Shown piece by piece: positions 8,139 through 16,531 of a stretch of DNA of 27,834 nucleotides (position 1 is the stretch's first letter; every line of letters starts with the position of its first letter). The DNA lies in the sequence record SRR31156797_336; one strand, 5' to 3'. The position numbers were made by a program, and so were the translations under genes. Below the pieces are notes generated by a model that did not search any database, was not told the origin of the DNA, and saw only the letters and a program-made list of their open reading frames with translations.

Positions 8139-8669
8139 ATGGAAATATATTTAATCCGCCACACGAAAGTAGCAGTTGAACAAGGAGTTTGCTACGGACA
8201 AAAAGATGTTGACTTAGCAGATAGCTATCCTGAGGAGTTGGATGCTGTAAAGGAAAAACTAAAGGGAATCGAATTCGATCAAATCTTTACAAGCCCTTTA
8301 AGCCGAGCAAAGAAATTGGCTACTGATATTTTTGGAGATAAGGTTCAGGAAGAAAGTCGATTAATGGAATTAAACTTTGGCGATTGGGAAGGCAAAGTTT
8401 GGGATGAAATTAAAGATCCTTTATTTCCTGCCTGGATGGAAGATTTCGTAAACAAAAAGTGTTCAAACGGAGAATCATTTGTTATGCTTCGTGATAGGGT
8501 ATTGGAATTTTGGAACGAGGTGAAAGCAAAAGATTGCGAACGAATTGCTATTTTCTCACATGGTGGTGTAATGCGTACCATTAACGCAATTGATAAAAAC
8601 ATCAAGCTGGAAGATTCCTTTAACGAACCAACACCAGAATTTGGCGAAGTTGTGATTATAAAAGCATAA
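8139..8669 (+). CDS. cobC: Alpha-ribazole-5'-phosphate / adenosylcobalamin-phosphate phosphatase (histidine phosphatase family)
   Basis: YLIRHT, SPLSRA, ELNFGDWEG, GES, SHGGV; follows cobS. Confidence 0.88.
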   Translation: MEIYLIRHTKVAVEQGVCYGQKDVDLADSYPEELDAVKEKLKGIEFDQIFTSPLSRAKKLATDIFGDKVQEESRLMELNFGDWEGKVWDEIKDPLFPAWMEDFVNKKCSNGESFVMLRDRVLEFWNEVKAKDCERIAIFSHGGVMRTINAIDKNIKLEDSFNEPTPEFGEVVIIKA

Positions 8670-8690
8670 GCTAGATACACAAGTATAAGC

Positions 8691-8729
8691 AAAGCAGAAA
8701 TCTCTAAGGGGTTTCTGCTTTTTTGTTTT
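8691..8729 (+). terminator. Intrinsic terminator of the cob cluster
   Basis: Stem AAAGCAGAAATCTC / GGGGTTTCTGCTTT (with G-U pairs) followed by a T-run. Confidence 0.8.
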
Positions 8730-8782
8730 CCATCAAATGTAACAAATCTGTAACTTGTGATAATAATTTAAAAGAATCTGAA

Positions 8783-9172
8783 ATGAAGATAATTAGCCTG
8801 ATACTATTCATTTTATTGATTGGTTGTGTACCTAAAGCAAATATGGAAGATGAAAAATTCAGAGTATGGTTTTTTAATAAAATGGAAGTTATTGACAAAC
8901 ATTTTGAATCTAAAATTTATGATGATGAATTTATGGATGCTTCAATAGAATTATATGTTATCACAGAAATCAAAATGAATCTTGAGGTAAAAATGTATTC
9001 TGATCTATTAGGATGGTCTGATTCACTAATTTATAAACAAAGAGACTATAAAAGAGATAAAAAGAAATTCATTCGTTGGTATAATAGAAATAAATATAAA
9101 ATGAATATCACTAAAGTAGATAGTATTCTAAGAGCTCAAGTTGCAAGCTATCCGCAGTCGGGAACGAAATAA
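8783..9172 (+). CDS. Hypothetical lipoprotein
   Basis: ATG at 8783 gives MKIISLILFILLIG-C lipobox; very AT-rich; no recognised family. Confidence 0.65.
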   Translation: MKIISLILFILLIGCVPKANMEDEKFRVWFFNKMEVIDKHFESKIYDDEFMDASIELYVITEIKMNLEVKMYSDLLGWSDSLIYKQRDYKRDKKKFIRWYNRNKYKMNITKVDSILRAQVASYPQSGTK

Positions 9173-9202
9173 TTTATTGAGAACAGTTCATTTTTTCAGT
9201 AA

Positions 9203-9484
9203 AACAATCTTTACAAGCCAACAAAGACAATTAAATTTCCGTCGAATGTACTTTGCAGGCTTGCAAAGTACATTTTCCTACAAAAAAATAGAGATCGCAG
9301 ACCTGCAAACGATATTCAATTTCAGTAGAATAGACATTGCACGCATGTTGTTCGTATTCCACGCCAATAAAATAAGTATCACATGCTTGCAAAGCATATT
9401 TTATTACAATCGAACAAGTTTTACACACATGCAAAGCACATTCAATTGAAGCAGCACTCTCTTTACATGTATGCAAAGCACACT
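9203..9484. repeat. Degenerate tandem array of seven 42-bp units, each centred on an imperfect palindrome
   Basis: TGCAAA core at 9262, 9304, 9388, 9430, 9472 and degenerate copies at 9220 and 9346, spaced exactly 42 bp. One unit is a perfect 13-bp inverted repeat, AATGTACTTTGCA-GGCT-TGCAAAGTACATT (9245-9274). Confidence 0.85.
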
Positions 9485-9575
9485 TTGCCCATTTTTCCTC
9501 CTCACGGCAGGGAACAAATTTGTCATCAAGAAATAAAATACTATTTTAGCAGGCAGAAATTAACAATAATTTTGC

Positions 9576-10445
9576 ATGAGAACGTTATTTGTTTCCTTAT
9601 TTTGCTTAATATTTATTGCATCAGCATGTACCGAGCGTATTACTTTCACACAGGAGAATGTTTTGCCCGAATATGCCGAAATTCTTAGCAAAGATGACGT
9701 TCGTCCATTTGTTGACTCTAGTGTTACTCCTTATATATACACCAAAGTTATTTCTTTAAGAGAACTTCCTGTAAAGGAAAAAAAGGTAAAGTTTGTGGAG
9801 ATGTTGCTTCCCTCAATTTTACTTGCCCAGCACGAATTAAATCAGAAAATTAAAAGGTTAGATCACATTGAATCCTGGCTGCTAGAAAATCCTAATTACA
9901 TTGAGAGTGACAGTTTGTTTCTTTTTCAGTTGTACGATCAATACAAGTGCTCAGATATAAAAGAACTGAGAAATAGATTGAAACCTCATTCTGCAAGTAT
10001 TGTTCTTGGACAAGCGGCTTTAGAATCTGGTTGGGGATCTTCAAGATTCTTTAAGGAGGGAAATAATGTATTTGGAATTTGGTCGTATAATAAGGGGGAA
10101 AACAGAATAAAAGCATTGGTAGGAAGAGATTCTACCAATATTTATGTGCGAAAATATTCAAGCATTGAGGCTTCCGTAAAAGATTACTATCAAACCATAG
10201 GAAGGGTTCATGCTTATAAGGAATTTAGACTTGAGAGAGTTGACAATGATGATCCTTATAAGTTGGTACCATTATTGCATCGTTATTCAGAAGTTGGTGA
10301 TATCTATACAAAAAAATTACATAAGCTTATCAAGAATAACAATTTAACGAAGTATGACAATTATGCTATAAATAAAAACTTCATAAAAGAAGAAACAATG
10401 GAATTGGCGCAAATAAGTAAGTTTTATTTAAAAAGTGTTTATTGA
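9576..10445 (+). CDS. Glucosaminidase-domain (GH73, Bax-like) lipoprotein
   Basis: Lipobox FIASA-C; KVKFVEMLLP, QAALESGWGSSRF, GNNVFGIW, AYKEFR, RYSE. Confidence 0.85.
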   Translation: MRTLFVSLFCLIFIASACTERITFTQENVLPEYAEILSKDDVRPFVDSSVTPYIYTKVISLRELPVKEKKVKFVEMLLPSILLAQHELNQKIKRLDHIESWLLENPNYIESDSLFLFQLYDQYKCSDIKELRNRLKPHSASIVLGQAALESGWGSSRFFKEGNNVFGIWSYNKGENRIKALVGRDSTNIYVRKYSSIEASVKDYYQTIGRVHAYKEFRLERVDNDDPYKLVPLLHRYSEVGDIYTKKLHKLIKNNNLTKYDNYAINKNFIKEETMELAQISKFYLKSVY

Positions 10446-10550
10446 AGAATATTTTTAGCTTAATTCTATTTGATTATTCTTTGAAATAGTTATTTTTAGG
10501 CTTGTTTTAGCGAAAAAAATTAAAATCAAATAATCATAAAATTCTAAAGT

Positions 10551-11243
10551 ATGAAAAAGTTTATTTTATTTATTGCAGTATGTTTTTGTGTTTCAAGTAT
10601 ATTTGCACAATCTGCTGCACAATTGAAAAATGAGGGAAATGCAGCCTTAAAATCAAAAGATTATAAGACTGCAATTGAGAAGTATGAGGCATTTCTAGGT
10701 GCTGAAGATACTGTTGAGGATATAGCTTTAGTTTTTAACACTGGTTATTGTGCAAGTAAGATTAAGGATTATGCAAAAGCTGAAAAGTATTTTGCTCAAT
10801 CGGTTGCTAACAACTATAAGCCATCTAAATCATACCAATATCTTGCTATGATGCAGAAAAAGCAAAAGAAAACTGATGAGATGGTGGCTACTTTGAAAAA
10901 AGGGATCGAAGCTTGCCCTACTAAAAACTCAAAATTATTAGCTTCATTGGCTAAACATTTTTTCTCAGTAGGTCAAAAGGCACAGAAAGCTAATAAATTC
11001 GAAAGTGCAGAGGCATCGTACAAACAAGCTGCTGAACTTAAATCAAAGTATCAGGAAACTGCAATGTTAGCTTTGGCACAATTGTATTATAACAAAGGTG
11101 CTGAGTACTGGCCAGCTACTCAAGATAAGGCTAAATCTTATTTTGAAAAAGCTACTGTTGCTGCAAAAAATTTATTAGTTGTAAATCCTGCTAAAAAAGA
11201 AGCAAGTGATTTAATTGCTACAATTAAGGGTTTGGTTAAGTAA
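10551..11243 (+). CDS. Secreted tetratricopeptide-repeat protein
   Basis: Signal peptide ending IFA-Q; TPR-type helices (LKNEGNAALKSKDYKTAIEKY, FNTGYCA...DYAKAEKYF). Confidence 0.85.
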   Translation: MKKFILFIAVCFCVSSIFAQSAAQLKNEGNAALKSKDYKTAIEKYEAFLGAEDTVEDIALVFNTGYCASKIKDYAKAEKYFAQSVANNYKPSKSYQYLAMMQKKQKKTDEMVATLKKGIEACPTKNSKLLASLAKHFFSVGQKAQKANKFESAEASYKQAAELKSKYQETAMLALAQLYYNKGAEYWPATQDKAKSYFEKATVAAKNLLVVNPAKKEASDLIATIKGLVK

Positions 11244-11266
11244 TTTCTTAGACAAAATATAAATTG

Positions 11267-11298
11267 AAAGGGATACCTAAATTAGGTATCCCTTTTTT
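11267..11298 (+). terminator. Intrinsic terminator
   Basis: 14-bp inverted repeat AAAGGGATACCTAA / TTAGGTATCCCTTT followed by a T-run. Confidence 0.88.
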
Positions 11299-11340
11299 GT
11301 TTTTTACCGTATAGATAAATGTATATTCATACGCTGAAAA

Positions 11341-11820
11341 ATGAAAATAAATTCACGACATATCAAATACTTGTTAATAAAAAGCACACTGTTAAGTATG
11401 CTTTTGGCGTATTCATTCTTTTCTTTTTCTGGAGAGCATTTAAACAACAAGGAGAAATTCGATCTGCATTCCATCAATTTTGTTCAGAAATCAATAGATG
11501 TAAGTAAATCTGATGAATCTCTTTACTTTTCTTTAAAAGCCTATTCTCAACTTGGGCTTAATACTGTAAATATCTATTTCGAATCTCCATCTGGAGAAGA
11601 AATCATACAAACTTCGTGTACTAATAAAAAGAAAACGAAGGTTGGATTGCTTTTAGGACGAATCTTATTCAAAAAGAAATCGGAATCTGGTGTTTGGAAA
11701 ATCAATAAAATTGTAATTGAAGATTTAAACGGAAACCTAAAAACCTTCGACAAAGCATTCCTGATTGAAAATAAGCTTACTCACACTCTACGAATAAACA
11801 GTGGCAAACTAAGGAGATAA
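11341..11820 (+). CDS. Hypothetical exported protein, possibly a beta-sandwich
   Basis: N-terminal hydrophobic segment, then beta-rich VNIYFESPSG and SGVWKINKIVIEDLNGN. Confidence 0.6.
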   Translation: MKINSRHIKYLLIKSTLLSMLLAYSFFSFSGEHLNNKEKFDLHSINFVQKSIDVSKSDESLYFSLKAYSQLGLNTVNIYFESPSGEEIIQTSCTNKKKTKVGLLLGRILFKKKSESGVWKINKIVIEDLNGNLKTFDKAFLIENKLTHTLRINSGKLRR

Positions 11821-12023
11821 TTCTTAGCCTATATCCTTACAAATCAAGAAATATTCCTTTATTTATTTTTATTCTTAATTAATAGTAGCTCAGTCAAATA
11901 CCTATTTACTTCTAGTTTTTCATCAATCAAGCTAAAATCATCGCATCAATTATTCGCATCTTTGCACTTACAAAATACTTACAAGCGACTAAATGTCGCA
12001 TCACAACAAAACAAATAAAAAAA

Positions 12024-14285
12024 ATGGCTAAAATAAGTGCAAACGATGCCTTAAAGTACCATTCTGAGGGTCGCCCAGGAAAAATTGAAGTTATACCAAC
12101 TAAACCATATCGTACTCAACGCGATTTGGCATTGGCATACAGTCCGGGAGTTGCTGATCCCTGTCTTGAAATCGAAAAAAATCCAGCAGATGCATACAAG
12201 TATACTGGTAAAGGAAATCTTGTTGCAGTAATATCTAACGGAACTGCTGTACTTGGGCTTGGGAATATTGGAGCTCTGGCGGGAAAACCGGTAATGGAAG
12301 GAAAAGGTCTTCTTTTTAAAATTTTCGCAGATATTGATGTATTCGATATTGAAGTTGATGCTACTGATGTAGATAAGTTTATTGATACTGTAAAAGCAAT
12401 TGCACCGACTTTTGGTGGAATTAATCTTGAAGATATTAAAGCACCTGAATGCTTCGAAATTGAAGAACGCCTTAAAAAGGAATTGGATATTCCTGTTATG
12501 CACGATGATCAGCATGGAACAGCAATTATTTCGGCAGCTGGATTGTTAAATGCATTGGAGATTGGAAATAAAAAAATAGAAGATGTAAAAGTGGTTGTAA
12601 ACGGCGCTGGTGCAGCTGCGGTATCCTGTACAAAGCTTTACATATCATTAGGAGTAAAGCCTGAAAATGTTATCATGTGCGATAGCCGTGGGGTTATCAA
12701 TTCGAAACGAACTGATTTGAATTCTCAAAAGAAACAGTTCATTACTCAAAGGGATGTGAACACTCTTGAGGAAGCAATTATTGGCTCTGATGTGTTTTTA
12801 GGATTATCTGTTGGAGGAATCATGAGCAAAGAAATGGTTCTCTCAATGAATGAGAATCCTATTGTTTTTGCTTTGGCTAATCCTGATCCTGAAATTTCAT
12901 ATAATGATGCATTCGATGCTCGTAAAGATGTGATAGTGGCAACAGGAAGATCAGATTATCCTAACCAGATAAATAATGTATTGGGTTTTCCTTATATTTT
13001 TAGAGGAGCTTTAGATGTTAGAGCAACTGCTATCAATGAAGAAATGAAAATTGCTTCAGTGCATGCCATTGCTAGATTGGCAAAAGAGGCAGTTCCGGAA
13101 TCGGTTCACGCAGCATATAACGAAGCCAATATCGTATTCGGTCGCCATTACATCATTCCTAAGGCTATGGATCCTAGATTGGTATCAAGTGTGGCTGTAG
13201 CTGTTGCTAAAGCTGCAGTAGAATCCGGAGTTGCTCAAAAAGAGATTACAGATTGGGACGCTTATGCTGCAGAATTAAAGCAACGTTTAGGTGTAGAAAA
13301 TGAATTACTTCGATCTGTTTTTAACAAAGCAAAACGATTCCCAAAACGTGTTGTTTTTGCTGAAGGTAATAATTTCAATGTATTAAAAGCAGCTCAAATT
13401 GCTATACACGAAGGAATTGCAAAACCGATTATTCTTGGTAATCCAGATAACATACAACGAATCGTAAAAGAAAATGATTTGGACCTTGAAGGTGCAGATA
13501 TTATTGATGTTAGATGTGAAAAGGAGAGAGCTAGAAGAAATTCTTACGCTGATATTCTTTGCGAAAAAAGAGGTCGTAAGGGATTAACTCACAAGGAGGC
13601 TGTCGAAAAAATGTTCGATCGCAACTATTTTGGTGCGATGATGGTGGAAAATGGAGATGCTGACGCATTTATATCGGGATATGCAACCAGATATTTCGAA
13701 GCTTTAAAAATTGCAAGTAAAGTAATTGGTATAGAAGAAGGAATGAAAACTTTGGTCGGAATGAACATTATCATGACCAAAAAAGGACCTTTATTTTTCG
13801 CTGATACAACAGTAAATTCTGAACCTACTCCAGAATCATTGGTTGATACTACTTTAAGCACAGCCAGAGCATTAAAATCATTTAATGTTGATCCTGTAAT
13901 GGCAATGGTATCCTATTCTAACTTTGGTTCAGTTCGCAAAGGAAGTCCGGTAAGAGCCAATAAAGCTATCGAACTATTACATGATAATCATCCGGAATTG
14001 GCTGTTGATGGTGAAATGCAATTAAATTTTGCCTTAGACAAGAACCTGAGAGATGAAACATTCGCTTTTAATAAAATTAAAGGTAAAGATGTGAATACCA
14101 TCATTTTCCCTAACTTAAGCTCAGGGAATATTGCATACAAATTAATGCAGGATTTAGGTGGTTCTGAAAATATCGGTCCTATTTTATTAGGAACAGCTAA
14201 ACCGTTCCATATTGTACCAATGGGCTGTTCAGTAAGAGAAATTATTAACATGACAGCTATTGCTGTAGTTGATGCTCAAGGATAA
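12024..14285 (+). CDS. maeB: NADP-dependent malic enzyme with C-terminal phosphotransacetylase-like domain
   Basis: [58 protein letters not shown]-like RVVFAEG, FADT, DGEMQ, FPNL, GPIL; 753 aa. Confidence 0.96.
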   Translation: MAKISANDALKYHSEGRPGKIEVIPTKPYRTQRDLALAYSPGVADPCLEIEKNPADAYKYTGKGNLVAVISNGTAVLGLGNIGALAGKPVMEGKGLLFKIFADIDVFDIEVDATDVDKFIDTVKAIAPTFGGINLEDIKAPECFEIEERLKKELDIPVMHDDQHGTAIISAAGLLNALEIGNKKIEDVKVVVNGAGAAAVSCTKLYISLGVKPENVIMCDSRGVINSKRTDLNSQKKQFITQRDVNTLEEAIIGSDVFLGLSVGGIMSKEMVLSMNENPIVFALANPDPEISYNDAFDARKDVIVATGRSDYPNQINNVLGFPYIFRGALDVRATAINEEMKIASVHAIARLAKEAVPESVHAAYNEANIVFGRHYIIPKAMDPRLVSSVAVAVAKAAVESGVAQKEITDWDAYAAELKQRLGVENELLRSVFNKAKRFPKRVVFAEGNNFNVLKAAQIAIHEGIAKPIILGNPDNIQRIVKENDLDLEGADIIDVRCEKERARRNSYADILCEKRGRKGLTHKEAVEKMFDRNYFGAMMVENGDADAFISGYATRYFEALKIASKVIGIEEGMKTLVGMNIIMTKKGPLFFADTTVNSEPTPESLVDTTLSTARALKSFNVDPVMAMVSYSNFGSVRKGSPVRANKAIELLHDNHPELAVDGEMQLNFALDKNLRDETFAFNKIKGKDVNTIIFPNLSSGNIAYKLMQDLGGSENIGPILLGTAKPFHIVPMGCSVREIINMTAIAVVDAQG

Positions 14286-14313
14286 ATAGTACATTTGTAA
14301 TTGATATATAACT

Positions 14314-14349
14314 GAAAAGGGTGAAATTTATTTTTCATCCTTTTCTTTC
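14314..14349 (+). terminator. Probable intrinsic terminator or hairpin after maeB
   Basis: GAAAAGGGTGAAA / TTTCATCCTTTTC stem followed by a T-rich tract. Confidence 0.65.
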
Positions 14350-14362
14350 AAGAGTAATTTTA

Positions 14363-14968
14363 ATGAGTGTAATTTACATACTTGATTTATTAGGAACATT
14401 GGTTTTTGCAATTAGTGGGACCATGTCAGCAGCCAATAAAAAATTGGATCTGTTTGGAGCTTATTTTACTGGCTTTATAACCGCTATTGGTGGTGGAACC
14501 CTTCGGGACGTTATATTAGGTAATTTCCCGGTTGGTTGGATCAGCGATTTGAACTATATGATTGTGATTAGTTTAGGAGTGCTACTTACTTTTCTTTTTC
14601 AGCAATATATCAAGCAACTTAAACACACTCTCTTTCTTTTTGATACCATAGGAATAGGTGTTTTTACCATTATTGGTATCGAAAAATCCTTAAGTCTTGG
14701 TATTCATCCATTTTTATCCATAATAATGGGCTTATTTTCAGCTGTTATGGGCGGCGTTATTCGTGACACCTTGTGTAATGATATCCCTTTAATATTCCGA
14801 AAAGAGATATATGCTACAGCCTGTTTATTAGGTGGCGTTTTATTTATATTACTAGACTACTTTCAAATTAATTCAGCAGTAAATCAAAGCATTACCATTA
14901 TTTGTATTATTGTTTTCCGAATTTTGTGTATCCGATTTAAGATCTCATTACCAGTTTTAAAAACGTAA
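14363..14968 (+). CDS. TRIC-family / UPF0126 membrane protein (YadS/YicG-like)
   Basis: ATG at 14363; duplicated motifs FAISG...TAIGGGTLRD and DTIG...AVMGGVIRD, EIYA. Confidence 0.9.
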   Translation: MSVIYILDLLGTLVFAISGTMSAANKKLDLFGAYFTGFITAIGGGTLRDVILGNFPVGWISDLNYMIVISLGVLLTFLFQQYIKQLKHTLFLFDTIGIGVFTIIGIEKSLSLGIHPFLSIIMGLFSAVMGGVIRDTLCNDIPLIFRKEIYATACLLGGVLFILLDYFQINSAVNQSITIICIIVFRILCIRFKISLPVLKT

Positions 14969-15043
14969 GAATCAGAATCATTCTAGTTTCTTTTAAGCGG
15001 CTAATTTCGTATATTTAGTTAGCTCGCATGAAAATTGATTAGA

Positions 15044-16531
15044 ATGGCTAAAAACATAGAATTAATTCCCGTAAAAAAGCAAGTTCTTCATTTTACACCC
15101 GATGATTCAAGGGTAGTAACTCGATTTTTCACGCCTGGTAATTTAAAGCGAATTGAAAATATTTTTGATCGTATTTTGCTTTTATCCGATAAAGAGGCAA
15201 ATCAAATTTTAAATGATACGATTAAGAGCTTTACAAAACGTCACAGAAACATCAAAAGAATTTTTAAGGATAATTTTGATCAAATAATTAAAGAAACTCA
15301 ATTTACGAATGATTTTTCTTTGGATCAGAAATTACTAATTGGTTCTTATTTTACCATGGAGTATTCCATTGAATCAGCGGCATTGTTTAATCCTTCAATT
15401 GTATTACATCCAGAGCAAATTGGCACAAAATCCGAAAGATTAAAAGTTTTATTAAGCTTCAGAGCTGTTGGAGAAGGACACATTTCTTCTATTGTTTTTA
15501 GAAGAGGAATAATTAAATCTAATGGCAATTTAGCTGTTCAAAAAAACAGTGCCTTGGTTGAAAGGGTAGATCGAATTCCCGATCCTTCTTATCTTAAATG
15601 TGATTTTACCTTAAAACTGAAAGAGTTGGGTTCATACGAATCGGTTGCTAAAATTCTTGACAACCTACTTGATGAATTCACTTTTGAAGAACTACAGGAA
15701 TCGATCAGTCTGTTTAGAAAAAAGAAAAAAATAAGGCATAAAAAAATCAGTCGCTCTTGTGAAGAAGCAATTGAAACGCTTTTATGGCTTGCTAATGCCA
15801 ATTACGAAATAAAATTTTCATCGGAATTAGATATTAGTGCAAGAGTTATTTTTCCTGTATCAACCAATGAAATAAAAGGGGTAGAAGATGCTCGTTTTGT
15901 TCTATTCAAGAATGGAAATGGAACAGGTAAACATGTTTATTATGCCACCTATACGGCTTATAATGGTTTCACTGCTTTACCTCAACTGATTGAAACAGTT
16001 GATTTTTGTCATTTTAAAGTTTCAGTTCTATTGGGTGAAGGGTCGAAAGGAAAAGGAATGGCAATATTCCCTCGCAAAATTAATGGTAAATACGTTACCA
16101 TTTCTCGTAACGACAATGAGAATCTTTATATCATGTTTTCTAATAATATAAAGCATTGGGAAAATCCTATTCTTCTTAAACCACCATCATTTTATTGGGA
16201 ATTTTTCCAGATTGGAAATTGTGGTTCACCTATCGAAACTGAGAAAGGTTGGTTACTCCTAATTCATGGTGTAGGACCAGTTCGAACCTATACCATTAGC
16301 GCAATTTTATTAGATATAGATGATCCTACCAAAGTTATTGGATTACTAAAAGATCCATTCCTGATTCCTGATGAAAAGGAGCGAAATGGCTATGTTCCAA
16401 ATGTTGTTTATTCTTGTGGGGCAATTTTGCATGACGATTTATTAATATTACCATATGCAATGGCTGATTCCAGATCAGGAATTGCTTCGGTAAATATCAA
16501 CGACTTATTCTCAAAAATGATCTATTACTAA
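15044..16531 (+). CDS. Glycoside hydrolase family 130 protein, long form (beta-mannoside phosphorylase-like)
   Basis: EYSIESAALFNPS, RAVGEGHISSI, GVEDARFV, KGMAIFPRKINGKY, QIGNCGSPIETEKGWL, GYVPNVVYSCG. Confidence 0.88.
   Translation: MAKNIELIPVKKQVLHFTPDDSRVVTRFFTPGNLKRIENIFDRILLLSDKEANQILNDTIKSFTKRHRNIKRIFKDNFDQIIKETQFTNDFSLDQKLLIGSYFTMEYSIESAALFNPSIVLHPEQIGTKSERLKVLLSFRAVGEGHISSIVFRRGIIKSNGNLAVQKNSALVERVDRIPDPSYLKCDFTLKLKELGSYESVAKILDNLLDEFTFEELQESISLFRKKKKIRHKKISRSCEEAIETLLWLANANYEIKFSSELDISARVIFPVSTNEIKGVEDARFVLFKNGNGTGKHVYYATYTAYNGFTALPQLIETVDFCHFKVSVLLGEGSKGKGMAIFPRKINGKYVTISRNDNENLYIMFSNNIKHWENPILLKPPSFYWEFFQIGNCGSPIETEKGWLLLIHGVGPVRTYTISAILLDIDDPTKVIGLLKDPFLIPDEKERNGYVPNVVYSCGAILHDDLLILPYAMADSRSGIASVNINDLFSKMIYY

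Noticed and set aside
9203..9484. CRISPR array
   Set aside because: Repeats are highly degenerate, linkers are only 12 nt and partly similar to each other, and no cas genes are in the window.
9141..9688. Plus-strand ORFs 9141-9449 and 9383-9688 as real genes
   Set aside because: Non-ATG starts, overlaps with better-supported genes, and likely by-products of the 42-bp repeat.
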